Origin: a virus
Virus record (IMG/VR): IMGVR_UViG_3300045988_003743
Coordinates: 1-5,997 of that record
Reading direction: 5' to 3' (one strand)
Length of the DNA stretch: 5,997 nt
Shown: positions 1 through 5,361 of the stretch, piece by piece
Layout: the number at the start of each line of letters is the position of its first letter
Position numbering within the stretch: position 1 is the first letter of the stretch
Position numbers and translations under genes: made by a program
Notes under the pieces: model-generated
What the model saw: the letters and a program-made list of their open reading frames with translations, nothing else
Databases searched by the model: none
What the model was told of the DNA's origin: nothing

Positions 1-55
1 CAACATATCTATAAGTTTCAGGTACTGCTTGCGCTATTTGGATTTGACCGTTTCC
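1..55. repeat. Terminal direct repeat, identical to 5943..5997: assembly overlap of a circular genome
   Basis: Bases 1..55 (caacatatctataagtttcaggtactgcttgcgctatttggatttgaccgtttcc) recur exactly at 5943..5997. The minus-strand reading frame is continuous across the implied junction. Unit length is 5942 nt. Confidence 0.9.
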
Positions 56-646
56 CCACATTTTTTCCATTTCTTGTGATGTGAAATATCCGTTGCATCT
101 TTTTTTATAGATGCTTTTTAGGTCTGTTGGCTTCCATCCGTATAATATCATATGATAGTGCGGTCTTGCTGTCTTTTCTCCGTACTCTCCAGCACAGAAA
201 TAGCGTATGTTGTATTTCTTTCTGAGTTTCTTCAAGAATAACTGTATGTCTGGATAGTATAATGTTTGTACGCTTCTAGGTTTTTCTTCTCCGGGTTTCC
301 ATGTGTATTGCACTTTTCTTAATATTTCGCCTGTTGCTGTTATCATGCCTGGAACGTGTTCATCATCGTAAGTTAGTGTAATAAACCACACTTCATTTTT
401 TGGGTACATCCTTGCTTCCATTTCAATACGCGTTGTCCAGTCCTCTCGTTGCATGATCCTGCATCCGATGCACTTTCCACATGGAATTAACATTACTCTC
501 CGGTTATACATCAAATCTTCATATTTATAGTTGCTTCCATCCGGTTTTTTTCCCAGTTCATTAAAGCGGGCAAGTGTATACACCTGCCCGCTTATTTCTC
601 TGTCATCTGGGTTGTAAAACCGTATCAGCGGTTTACTGCACCCCAT
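1..646 (-). CDS. VP4: Replication initiator VP4 (phiX174 gpA-like HUH rolling-circle endonuclease), N-terminal part. The CDS wraps the circle and continues at 5942..5563 (1026 nt total, 341 aa).
   Basis: ATG at 646..644 is preceded by AGGAGGATAAAA. I hand-translated the first ~75 codons (646 down to ~420) with no stop. The ORF track lists no closed minus-strand ORF ending at 646, which implies the frame stays open to position 1. Position 5922 is 666 nt (222 codons) from the start, so it is in frame with ORF 5563..5922. The translation begins MGCSKPLIRFYNPDDREISGQVYTLARF. It contains the Cys cluster PCGKCIGCR and the HUH motif RPHYHMILYG (encoded at about 140..165). Confidence 0.93.
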   Translation of the reverse strand, partial: MGCSKPLIRFYNPDDREISGQVYTLARFNELGKKPDGSNYKYEDLMYNRRVMLIPCGKCIGCRIMQREDWTTRIEMEARMYPKNEVWFITLTYDDEHVPGMITATGEILRKVQYTWKPGEEKPRSVQTLYYPDIQLFLKKLRKKYNIRYFCAGEYGEKTARPHYHMILYGWKPTDLKSIYKKRCNGYFTSQEMEKMWGNGQIQIAQAVPETYRYV

Positions 647-648
647 TT

Positions 649-1506
649 TTATCCTCCTGTGTATGGATTTTTGCCCGGCGCATAGTTTTTGCCGCCGGTG
701 TTTGCTGGATTGTAACTGTCGCTGTAGCCTTTCTTGTTTTGAATTTTGGCCGTGTCTGCTTTCTGGCTCTGTTTTTTGCCGCTGGTGTCGTCTTTGCCAA
801 GCCAGCTTTTAAAATCCGGATATTCCGTCCCATACGTTGACGTCATTCCACCGCTGTTCCAGCCGTCAGACGTTGTTTTGCTCCAGCTGTATGTTTTGCT
901 GTAGCCCGGCAAAGGCTGTTGCGGTGTAGGCATTCCGCTGGACTGCGTTCCTACGCTTGGCGCTGTGATGTTTGCCGCCGATGCGGTGCCCTGTGCTCCA
1001 CTTGGCGTACTTGCTCCACCCTGTGTGTATGCTAGAATAGGGTTGATTCCTGCCGCACGCATGTCTTTCACAGTTCTCTGATATGCCGTATTTGACATTC
1101 GTTCTTGCCATGCCCTATTTTTCGCTGCTTCTGCGCTGTTGTATGCCATACTTGCGTTTGTGCTGATTTGGTTAAAGATTCCCTGTTGGATTGCGCCCAG
1201 CGTATTAAGACCCATCGCGTAAATGCTATTCTTGTAATTTTGGTTTGCTTGTGCGCTCTGGCCTTGCATTGCCTGTTCCCATAGTTTTTCGTTCATCTGG
1301 CTTGCCGCGTCGTAGTCTACGCCGCTTTGTCCCTCGCTTCCGGATGCTCCCTCACTGTGTGTTGCTCCGCTGTTCCAACTCTGGCTGTTTCCGCTTATTC
1401 CCTTAAAGGCATTATAGATGCTCGCTCCTGAGTTTGCAACGCTTGCAAGTCCACCTGCGATTTTTCCGACTGTCCCTAATGCACTCATGATTTCTGCTAG
1501 TGCCAT
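649..1506 (-). CDS. VP2: VP2 minor capsid / DNA pilot protein (285 aa)
   Basis: It sits directly after VP1 and before VP4, as in gokushoviruses. The N-terminus is hydrophobic and Gly/Ala-rich ([27 protein letters not shown]). The central block [22 protein letters not shown] is the conserved VP2 motif as I remember it. The C-terminal tail is low-complexity and Gly/Lys/Asn-rich. The TAA stop at 649..651 lies 2 nt before the VP4 ATG, and the VP4 SD is inside the VP2 3' end. Confidence 0.85.
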   Translation of the reverse strand: MALAEIMSALGTVGKIAGGLASVANSGASIYNAFKGISGNSQSWNSGATHSEGASGSEGQSGVDYDAASQMNEKLWEQAMQGQSAQANQNYKNSIYAMGLNTLGAIQQGIFNQISTNASMAYNSAEAAKNRAWQERMSNTAYQRTVKDMRAAGINPILAYTQGGASTPSGAQGTASAANITAPSVGTQSSGMPTPQQPLPGYSKTYSWSKTTSDGWNSGGMTSTYGTEYPDFKSWLGKDDTSGKKQSQKADTAKIQNKKGYSDSYNPANTGGKNYAPGKNPYTGG

Positions 1507-1516
1507 TATAAATATA

Positions 1517-1532
1517 GCCCGGTTTCCCGGGC
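1517..1532 (-). promoter_or_regulatory. GC hairpin in the VP1-VP2 intergenic spacer (attenuator or SD-bridging structure)
   Basis: The minus strand reads GCCCGG-GAAA-CCGGGC: a 6-bp all-GC stem with a GAAA tetraloop. It is followed by TATATTTATA and then the VP2 ATG. It is preceded by AGGAGGAT. Confidence 0.45.
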
Positions 1533-1544
1533 ATCCTCCTTTCT

Positions 1545-3287
1545 TTACAGTTTCTCCAGCCCCGGCACGCTGTAAAGCGGCATAGGCCGTGTAGTTTCGT
1601 TTTTAATTAGGAAGTCTGCAATAAACTGTGGTTCGTCCTGCACTGCCAGCGTGCGTTGAATTTCGGCTTTGCCTTCCTTCATCCATTCATCGCTGAGGTA
1701 TGGTCGTTTGCTGTAGTTGTCGGCATAGTGCCAACTATCCAGAGTACCCACCGCGTTGCTCCGGAAAAGTCCGCTCACGCGGTTCGGCTTCATTCTGTAT
1801 TCGCTCCATGCCTCTTGATAGCCGAACACCTCTTCATTAGCGGTTTTTGCGTTACCGCTGTCACAGTAGATTTCTTTGGTTTTGATTGCTTGTTCTCCTA
1901 CGTTTGCGAACTGCGGGTAATAATAATCTAAGGTGTCTCGTCTGCTCCAGAAACGCTCAAGCCCCTGCTGATAGGTGCGGTCGTGGCGTACACAGCATAC
2001 ACCAATTACAAAGCCGTGTTCCTCAAAGGACTTTGTAAAGCTGTTTTCGCTGAATGGTGTTACGCTTACTGCGCCCGCGTTGCCCTGCGGCGTTGTGCCG
2101 CTTTCACTCGTTTGGATGACCTGCGAGACGTTGATCATGTATCGACCGCCGCCCAGATATTCCGGGATTTGTACGGTCTTGTCACTGATTAGCGTTCCAA
2201 AAAGACTACGGACGATTTCACGGTATCGACTGCCACCGCGTGCCAGCGCTTCATAATAGTGCTGTACCGCGAATGCCTGCCGCAACTCGTTGATAGTTGT
2301 TGCTTCTACGCCGTGTAGGTTCGTGTACAAGTTTCCGCTTATGATGCCGTCTCCTGTTGAGCTTGGTGTTTGGCCGCTGGTTTCCACGCCTGACAGCTCA
2401 ACCGCTTCTATTTTGCCTTCCCAATAGCGATTGAATGCTCTGCCCGCCGCCGTATTTTTTGGCGAGTTAAACCATACGTTTAAGTTTTCTTCATATGGTT
2501 CTATTTTGCCGTTCACCAAATTGCCCATGATGACCGGTGCGTCACCGCTCAGGTTGATTGTTACCGCTGGTCCTTTCTGAGGTTCCGGCAGTGCGCTCGT
2601 AAAGTAGTCGTGGAATTTGTTCACCGGTAGACACTCATCGCCAATTACTGCTAATTCGTTTAATTTTGTTTGTGTCCATCCCGTTCCAGTATGTGCGTTG
2701 TTGTCTACTGCGTTGTCTCCTGTATATTCTGGAACTGGGTCGTCTAGATTTTGGTCTCTAAACCATTCATTCCAAATTTTTACATATCCACGCACGGGTA
2801 GTGCGTTTATACTTAGTTTGTTGTTTACTTCTCCTGTGTTGATTTTTGTCGGAATTCCCATGTAGTCCAAAATGGAGTTTTCAGCCGGTGTTGCTTTTTC
2901 TTTTGTTGCTGTTTTGTGGTCTTTGTCGATGGTTCCGACTCCAATATTGATTTGTGGTACGCTGTATGCTTCTTTTTGTTCCCACGCTCCGGTTGTGTTC
3001 TCACCGCAAAATTCTTTCCAGTGCTCCCACACAATTCGGTTTGGTACAAAGAAGTAATATACATCTAAATATGCGTTGTCCATTACCGGAAAGATTGGTG
3101 TGGTCATACGCACTAGGCCGATTGTGTCCACGCTGAAAGTATCGCCTGGTAGCACTTCATCAACATAAAATGGAATCAGTTTGCCCGCGTCAAATGTAAA
3201 TTTCACATTTTGGTCGCGTTTGAATCTGCTTCTGCTGATGAAGGTTTGTGGAATCTGGTTGAAATGACTTTCATTATTCCTGTTCAC
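1545..3287 (-). CDS. VP1: VP1 major capsid protein (F-like jelly-roll capsid, 580 aa), GTG start
   Basis: This is the largest ORF. The N-terminus ([44 protein letters not shown]) is typical of gokushovirus VP1. It carries the hallmark block [34 protein letters not shown]...[10 protein letters not shown]. The start is GTG at 3287; an in-frame TAG lies 4 codons upstream, so no alternative start exists. An AGGAGG sits 12 nt upstream. The CDS overlaps the VP3 3' end by 14 nt. Confidence 0.95.
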   Translation of the reverse strand: MNRNNESHFNQIPQTFISRSRFKRDQNVKFTFDAGKLIPFYVDEVLPGDTFSVDTIGLVRMTTPIFPVMDNAYLDVYYFFVPNRIVWEHWKEFCGENTTGAWEQKEAYSVPQINIGVGTIDKDHKTATKEKATPAENSILDYMGIPTKINTGEVNNKLSINALPVRGYVKIWNEWFRDQNLDDPVPEYTGDNAVDNNAHTGTGWTQTKLNELAVIGDECLPVNKFHDYFTSALPEPQKGPAVTINLSGDAPVIMGNLVNGKIEPYEENLNVWFNSPKNTAAGRAFNRYWEGKIEAVELSGVETSGQTPSSTGDGIISGNLYTNLHGVEATTINELRQAFAVQHYYEALARGGSRYREIVRSLFGTLISDKTVQIPEYLGGGRYMINVSQVIQTSESGTTPQGNAGAVSVTPFSENSFTKSFEEHGFVIGVCCVRHDRTYQQGLERFWSRRDTLDYYYPQFANVGEQAIKTKEIYCDSGNAKTANEEVFGYQEAWSEYRMKPNRVSGLFRSNAVGTLDSWHYADNYSKRPYLSDEWMKEGKAEIQRTLAVQDEPQFIADFLIKNETTRPMPLYSVPGLEKL

Positions 3288-3687
3288 TTTCGTTCTCTAC
3301 CTCCTTTTCCGTTTCTTTCGGCTTTTCTGCCTGCTTCTGTTTCAGTTGTTCGTTGATTTCTTCCACGGTTTTGCCTGCCGCGTCTGCCCTGCGTTTCAGT
3401 TCGTGGATGGTTTCCGGGTAGTCCGTGATGTCTGCATATTGTCCGGTGCTTCCCTGTGCAAGGCTCTGCGCAAATACCGGGTCAAAAGATGCTCGTGCGA
3501 CAATATTCTTAATGTCGCATTCATCGGCATATGATTCAATTTCTGCCTGCCGGTCGATGTCTGCATCATGCATTAGGTATTTTTCGCCTGTTTCGTTTTC
3601 GGCCCATTTGTAGGTGTCGCGCATACGGTCGCCGGATTCGGTCGGCTTTGCTTTTGGCAGGTTAAACCGTGAGTAAACTTTACTCAT
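3274..3687 (-). CDS. VP3: VP3 internal scaffolding protein (137 aa)
   Basis: It lies immediately upstream of VP1 and overlaps it. It is acidic and helical, with a charged C-terminal tail ([22 protein letters not shown]). Size and position match the Chlamydia-phage-type scaffold protein. The SD GGGAGGG sits 8 nt before the ATG at 3687. Confidence 0.75.
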   Translation of the reverse strand: MSKVYSRFNLPKAKPTESGDRMRDTYKWAENETGEKYLMHDADIDRQAEIESYADECDIKNIVARASFDPVFAQSLAQGSTGQYADITDYPETIHELKRRADAAGKTVEEINEQLKQKQAEKPKETEKEVENESEQE

Positions 3688-3922
3688 TCGGCTTGCCCTC
3701 CCACACCTTTTCCAGTTCTACAGGCTCAAATGTACCGGTTTCGTCATCGAATTTGCCGCACATATAGGCCACAAAGTCGTTCGGGTTCTGACCGATGAAG
3801 GTCTTTTCATCCCGTTCGAGTGCCCTGCACATGCGTGCCATTGTTTCCGCGTTATCGCTTTCGCACACATGAACAAATTTCTTTGCAACCTTGTCCCGGA
3901 TGGTAAAGTACATGTGTTTCAC
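3680..3922 (-). CDS. Small non-structural protein, VP5-like (80 aa), GTG start
   Basis: It lies directly upstream of VP3 and overlaps it by 8 nt, which is where gokushovirus VP5 sits. The C-terminal segment NPNDFVAYMCGKFDDETGTFEP resembles the VP5 motif (..DF.LY.IG.FDD.TG.F) as I remember it. AGGAGG (3932..3937) lies 9 nt upstream of GTG 3922. The first ATG (3913) would be 18 nt from the SD. Confidence 0.6.
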   Translation of the reverse strand: MKHMYFTIRDKVAKKFVHVCESDNAETMARMCRALERDEKTFIGQNPNDFVAYMCGKFDDETGTFEPVELEKVWEGKPNE

Positions 3923-4021
3923 AGCCGCGTTCCTCCTCTCATAGGCTTTGACTGTACGTTGATTCGTTTGGTTTTGTTTGCCGTTTTGTTGTAAATCTTG
4001 GCGTCCTTGTTGTGGTTTGTC

Positions 4022-4252
4022 TTACTCCGATGTGCCATTGTAAAATTCCCTTCTGATAAGTTCAAGTTCGATTGTATTTATAAAGCTCTTCAAGTGCCAG
4101 ATTTCGTCCAGCATCTTCTTTGCGGTTTCAATATCCGCTATCTTGCGCAAGAGCTTATATTGCGCGTCAATCTCTTTGTACTTCTTTTCGAGAATGCTTC
4201 TCAGTTCATTTTCGGTCTGGTCCCTGACGTTCCAACTTTTGTGTAAGGCCAT
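4022..4252 (-). CDS. Hypothetical protein, 76 aa, predicted helical / coiled-coil
   Basis: The ATG at 4252 is preceded by GAAGGAGTAACAAAA. It is on the same strand as the operon and is tightly packed with it. The sequence is charged with heptad-like spacing (ELRSILEKKYKEIDAQYKLLRKIADIETAKKMLDEIWHLK). I recognise no family. Confidence 0.6.
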   Translation of the reverse strand: MALHKSWNVRDQTENELRSILEKKYKEIDAQYKLLRKIADIETAKKMLDEIWHLKSFINTIELELIRREFYNGTSE

Positions 4253-4257
4253 TTTTG

Positions 4258-4374
4258 TTACTCCTTCTCGTTCGTAGCGTCTTTCAGTGCGTGGTAAATC
4301 TCGTCGAGCTTCTCAAGAATGTCCATCATGAGCTTAACGGCCTGCTTGACGTCCTTAATACTGATAAGTGCCAT
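4258..4374 (-). CDS. Hypothetical micro-ORF, 38 aa (MALISIKDVKQAVKLMMDILEKLDEIYHALKDATNEKE). Not in the supplied ORF track.
   Basis: This is a hand translation. Its ATG (4374..4372) overlaps the peptidase TAA stop (4376..4374) as TAATG. Its TAA stop (4258..4260) lies 5 nt before the next ATG, and its last codons supply that gene's SD. It exactly fills what would otherwise be a 121-nt gap in a compact genome. Confidence 0.45.
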   Translation of the reverse strand: MALISIKDVKQAVKLMMDILEKLDEIYHALKDATNEKE

Positions 4375-4760
4375 TATGTCACCCCTTTTCTGTATTTGTT
4401 TTCGCGCACGTCAATGTGTACGAAATTAGTATACCGGATGATTCCGCCTTTGTCAAGTATGCTATCTGCATATTCTGCGACTTCTTTTGAACTGTGTCCT
4501 TTTACTACGATGTCGGCGGCCATGCCTTTGCAGTGGTATGAGTTTCCCGCGCCGTTTACTTTTGTGTTGTGGCTTGGTGTTCTGTAGCCGCTGTTAATCG
4601 TACAAGGTGCATTGAAATGATTTCTAATTTTCTCCAGTGCTTCAAGTAGCTCTGTGCATAGGAGCAATTCAAAACTTCCGTCTTTACACGCAAATTCTTT
4701 CGCCTCAAAGTGTTCACTCACCTTTCCCCAATCTCTGTTGATGAAGTTAACGTGTTTCAT
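4374..4760 (-). CDS. Zinc D,D-/L,D-peptidase of the Peptidase_M15 (M15A / YcbK-like, LAS fold) family: putative endolysin (128 aa)
   Basis: The motif string is SGYRTPSHNTKVNGAGNSYHCKGMAADI ... FVHIDV. This matches the family signature SGYR-x-N-x-GG-x-S-x-H-x6-D followed by a distal H-x-D zinc ligand. A perfect SD is present (AAAGGAGGAAAACC then ATG at 4760). There is no N-terminal signal peptide or TM segment. Confidence 0.88.
   Translation of the reverse strand: MKHVNFINRDWGKVSEHFEAKEFACKDGSFELLLCTELLEALEKIRNHFNAPCTINSGYRTPSHNTKVNGAGNSYHCKGMAADIVVKGHSSKEVAEYADSILDKGGIIRYTNFVHIDVRENKYRKGVT
4428..4456 (-). promoter_or_regulatory. Candidate internal sigma70-type promoter inside the 3' part of the peptidase gene
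   Basis: The minus strand reads TTGACA (4456..4451), a 17-nt spacer, then TATACT (4433..4428). By my scan, TTGACA occurs only twice on the coding-sense strand of the whole genome. Both copies have a -10 hexamer at exactly 17 nt. Confidence 0.4.
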
Positions 4761-4947
4761 GGTTTTCCTCCTTTTCGGTGAAGTAAAGTGCTACTTCTTC
4801 AACTTTGTACAGTGAGTACAGACCCGGGTGCCTGTTTGCATAATCTTTTGCCCTTTGTTTTGCGTATTTTGGCTCCGTTGCGATTTTAAGGACCGTTGTC
4901 ATGCTCCCATCATCGTTGAATCTTCTAACTTCATAACTGTGCGTCAT
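4747..4947 (-). CDS. Hypothetical protein, 66 aa, first gene of the operon
   Basis: The ATG at 4947 is preceded by AGAAAGGAAGGTACTCAAA and lies about 20 nt downstream of the predicted transcription start. It overlaps the peptidase start by 14 nt. It is hydrophilic with no TM segment, and I recognise no family. Confidence 0.6.
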   Translation of the reverse strand: MTHSYEVRRFNDDGSMTTVLKIATEPKYAKQRAKDYANRHPGLYSLYKVEEVALYFTEKEENHETR

Positions 4948-4974
4948 TTTGAGTACCTTCCTTTCTGTGATTAT

Positions 4975-5027
4975 ATTCTATCATATTTTTAGGTTTTTGT
5001 CAAGCCTTTTTTAAAATTTTTTAGAAA
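4975..5027 (-). promoter_or_regulatory. Main promoter: TTGACA-17-TAGAAT with an extended -10 TG and an upstream A/T-rich UP-like element
   Basis: The minus strand reads AAAAAATTTTAAAAAAGGC TTGACA (5003..4998) aaaacctaaaaatatga TAGAAT (4980..4975). The TG sits one base upstream of the -10. It is followed by the SD and ATG of the first ORF. Confidence 0.75.
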
Positions 5028-5085
5028 ACTTTTCCTAGAATAGGAGCGCCGTTAAACTCCCCGCTTCAGCGGCTCCCTTTGATAA

Positions 5086-5102
5086 GACCGGCAAAGCCGG
5101 TC
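5086..5102. other. Perfect 7-bp hairpin GACCGGC-AAA-GCCGGTC within a GC-rich structured block
   Basis: The inverted repeat was read directly. It is flanked by a CCGC-TTCA-GCGG hairpin (5061..5072). A possible closing helix is GGAGCGC (5043..5049) with GCGCTCC (5114..5120). Confidence 0.6.
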
Positions 5103-5163
5103 AGACTGTTGGCGCGCTCCGTCAGACGTTGCCGCCATCGCTCACTCTGTTTTATTGGCCGTT

Positions 5164-5329
5164 CTTTCAACATTTTCCACATAGTTTTCAACTTTTCCAC
5201 ATTGTTAAATTTTAGCACAATAGAGTGTTTCAACAATTCAACAAGTTTTCAACATTTCTTTTAACAGTAGTTTCTTTCATAAAGAAACGTTATTGCGTTA
5301 TTTTTTAATGGTTTTCAACTTTTTAACTA
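5164..5329 (+). repeat. Iteron-like array of about 10 same-orientation TTTTC(A/C)AC repeats, including two exact DnaA-box consensus matches (TTTTCCACA)
   Basis: The copies are: CTTTCAACA 5164-5172, TTTTCCACA 5173-5181, TTTTCAACT 5185-5193, TTTTCCACA 5193-5201 and GTTTCAACA 5227-5235. Then ATTCAACA 5236-5243, TTTTCAACA 5246-5254, TTTTAACA 5259-5266, TTTTCAACT 5312-5320 and TTTTAACT 5321-5328. Confidence 0.8.
5270..5288. other. Perfect 8-bp AT-rich hairpin GTTTCTTT-CAT-AAAGAAAC inside the iteron region
   Basis: The inverted repeat was read directly. Confidence 0.6.
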
Positions 5330-5361
5330 TCTCTACTACTACGACTACAACAAGTTAATAA

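Noticed and set aside
574-840. An 88-aa plus-strand ORF with two strongly hydrophobic, TM-like segments. It is tempting as the missing holin.
   Set aside because: It is antisense to the VP2/VP4 junction. The T-rich complement of an A-rich coding strand automatically yields Phe/Leu/Val-rich frames. I see no SD, and no characterised microvirus encodes genes on the complementary strand.
866-1111. Overprinted minus-strand ORFs inside VP2 (81 aa, 866..1111) and inside VP1 (79 aa, 2825..3064).
   Set aside because: They have no SD and no recognisable motif. ORFs of this length are expected by chance in alternative frames of an A-rich coding strand. Only the 633..833 ORF was kept as a low-interest finding, because of its extreme charge and its position at the junction.
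4255-4587. A 110-aa plus-strand ORF, along with the other plus-strand ORFs (1656..1931, 1975..2256, 1983..2192, 2617..2865, 2872..3057, 2954..3136, 3346..3534, 3425..3613, 3998..4246).
   Set aside because: All are antisense shadows of well-supported minus-strand genes. They have low-complexity hydrophobic or Cys-rich translations and no ribosome-binding sites.
5043-5120. A tRNA-like element: 78 nt with a 7-bp closing helix and internal hairpins.
   Set aside because: The internal arms do not fit a cloverleaf on either strand. There is no T-arm adjacent to the 3' acceptor strand, one hairpin has a 3-nt loop, and there is no anticodon arm.
5079-5264. A 61-aa plus-strand ORF across the iteron array.
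   Set aside because: Its repetitive FNxSTxxxF content derives from the TTTTCAAC repeats. It has a non-ATG start and no SD, and it is on the wrong strand for this family.
5164-5329. The possibility that the repeat array is a CRISPR array.
   Set aside because: The repeats are only 8-9 nt, they are irregularly spaced at 8-54 nt, and they are degenerate. This does not fit CRISPR repeat-spacer geometry.
5333-5353. An imperfect trinucleotide repeat (CTA)3-CGA-CTA-(CAA)2, which gives four in-frame TAG codons on the coding strand.
   Set aside because: It has only seven units, is imperfect and lies in untranslated sequence. This is too little to assign a function, and it may simply be low-complexity sequence bordering the AT-rich core.
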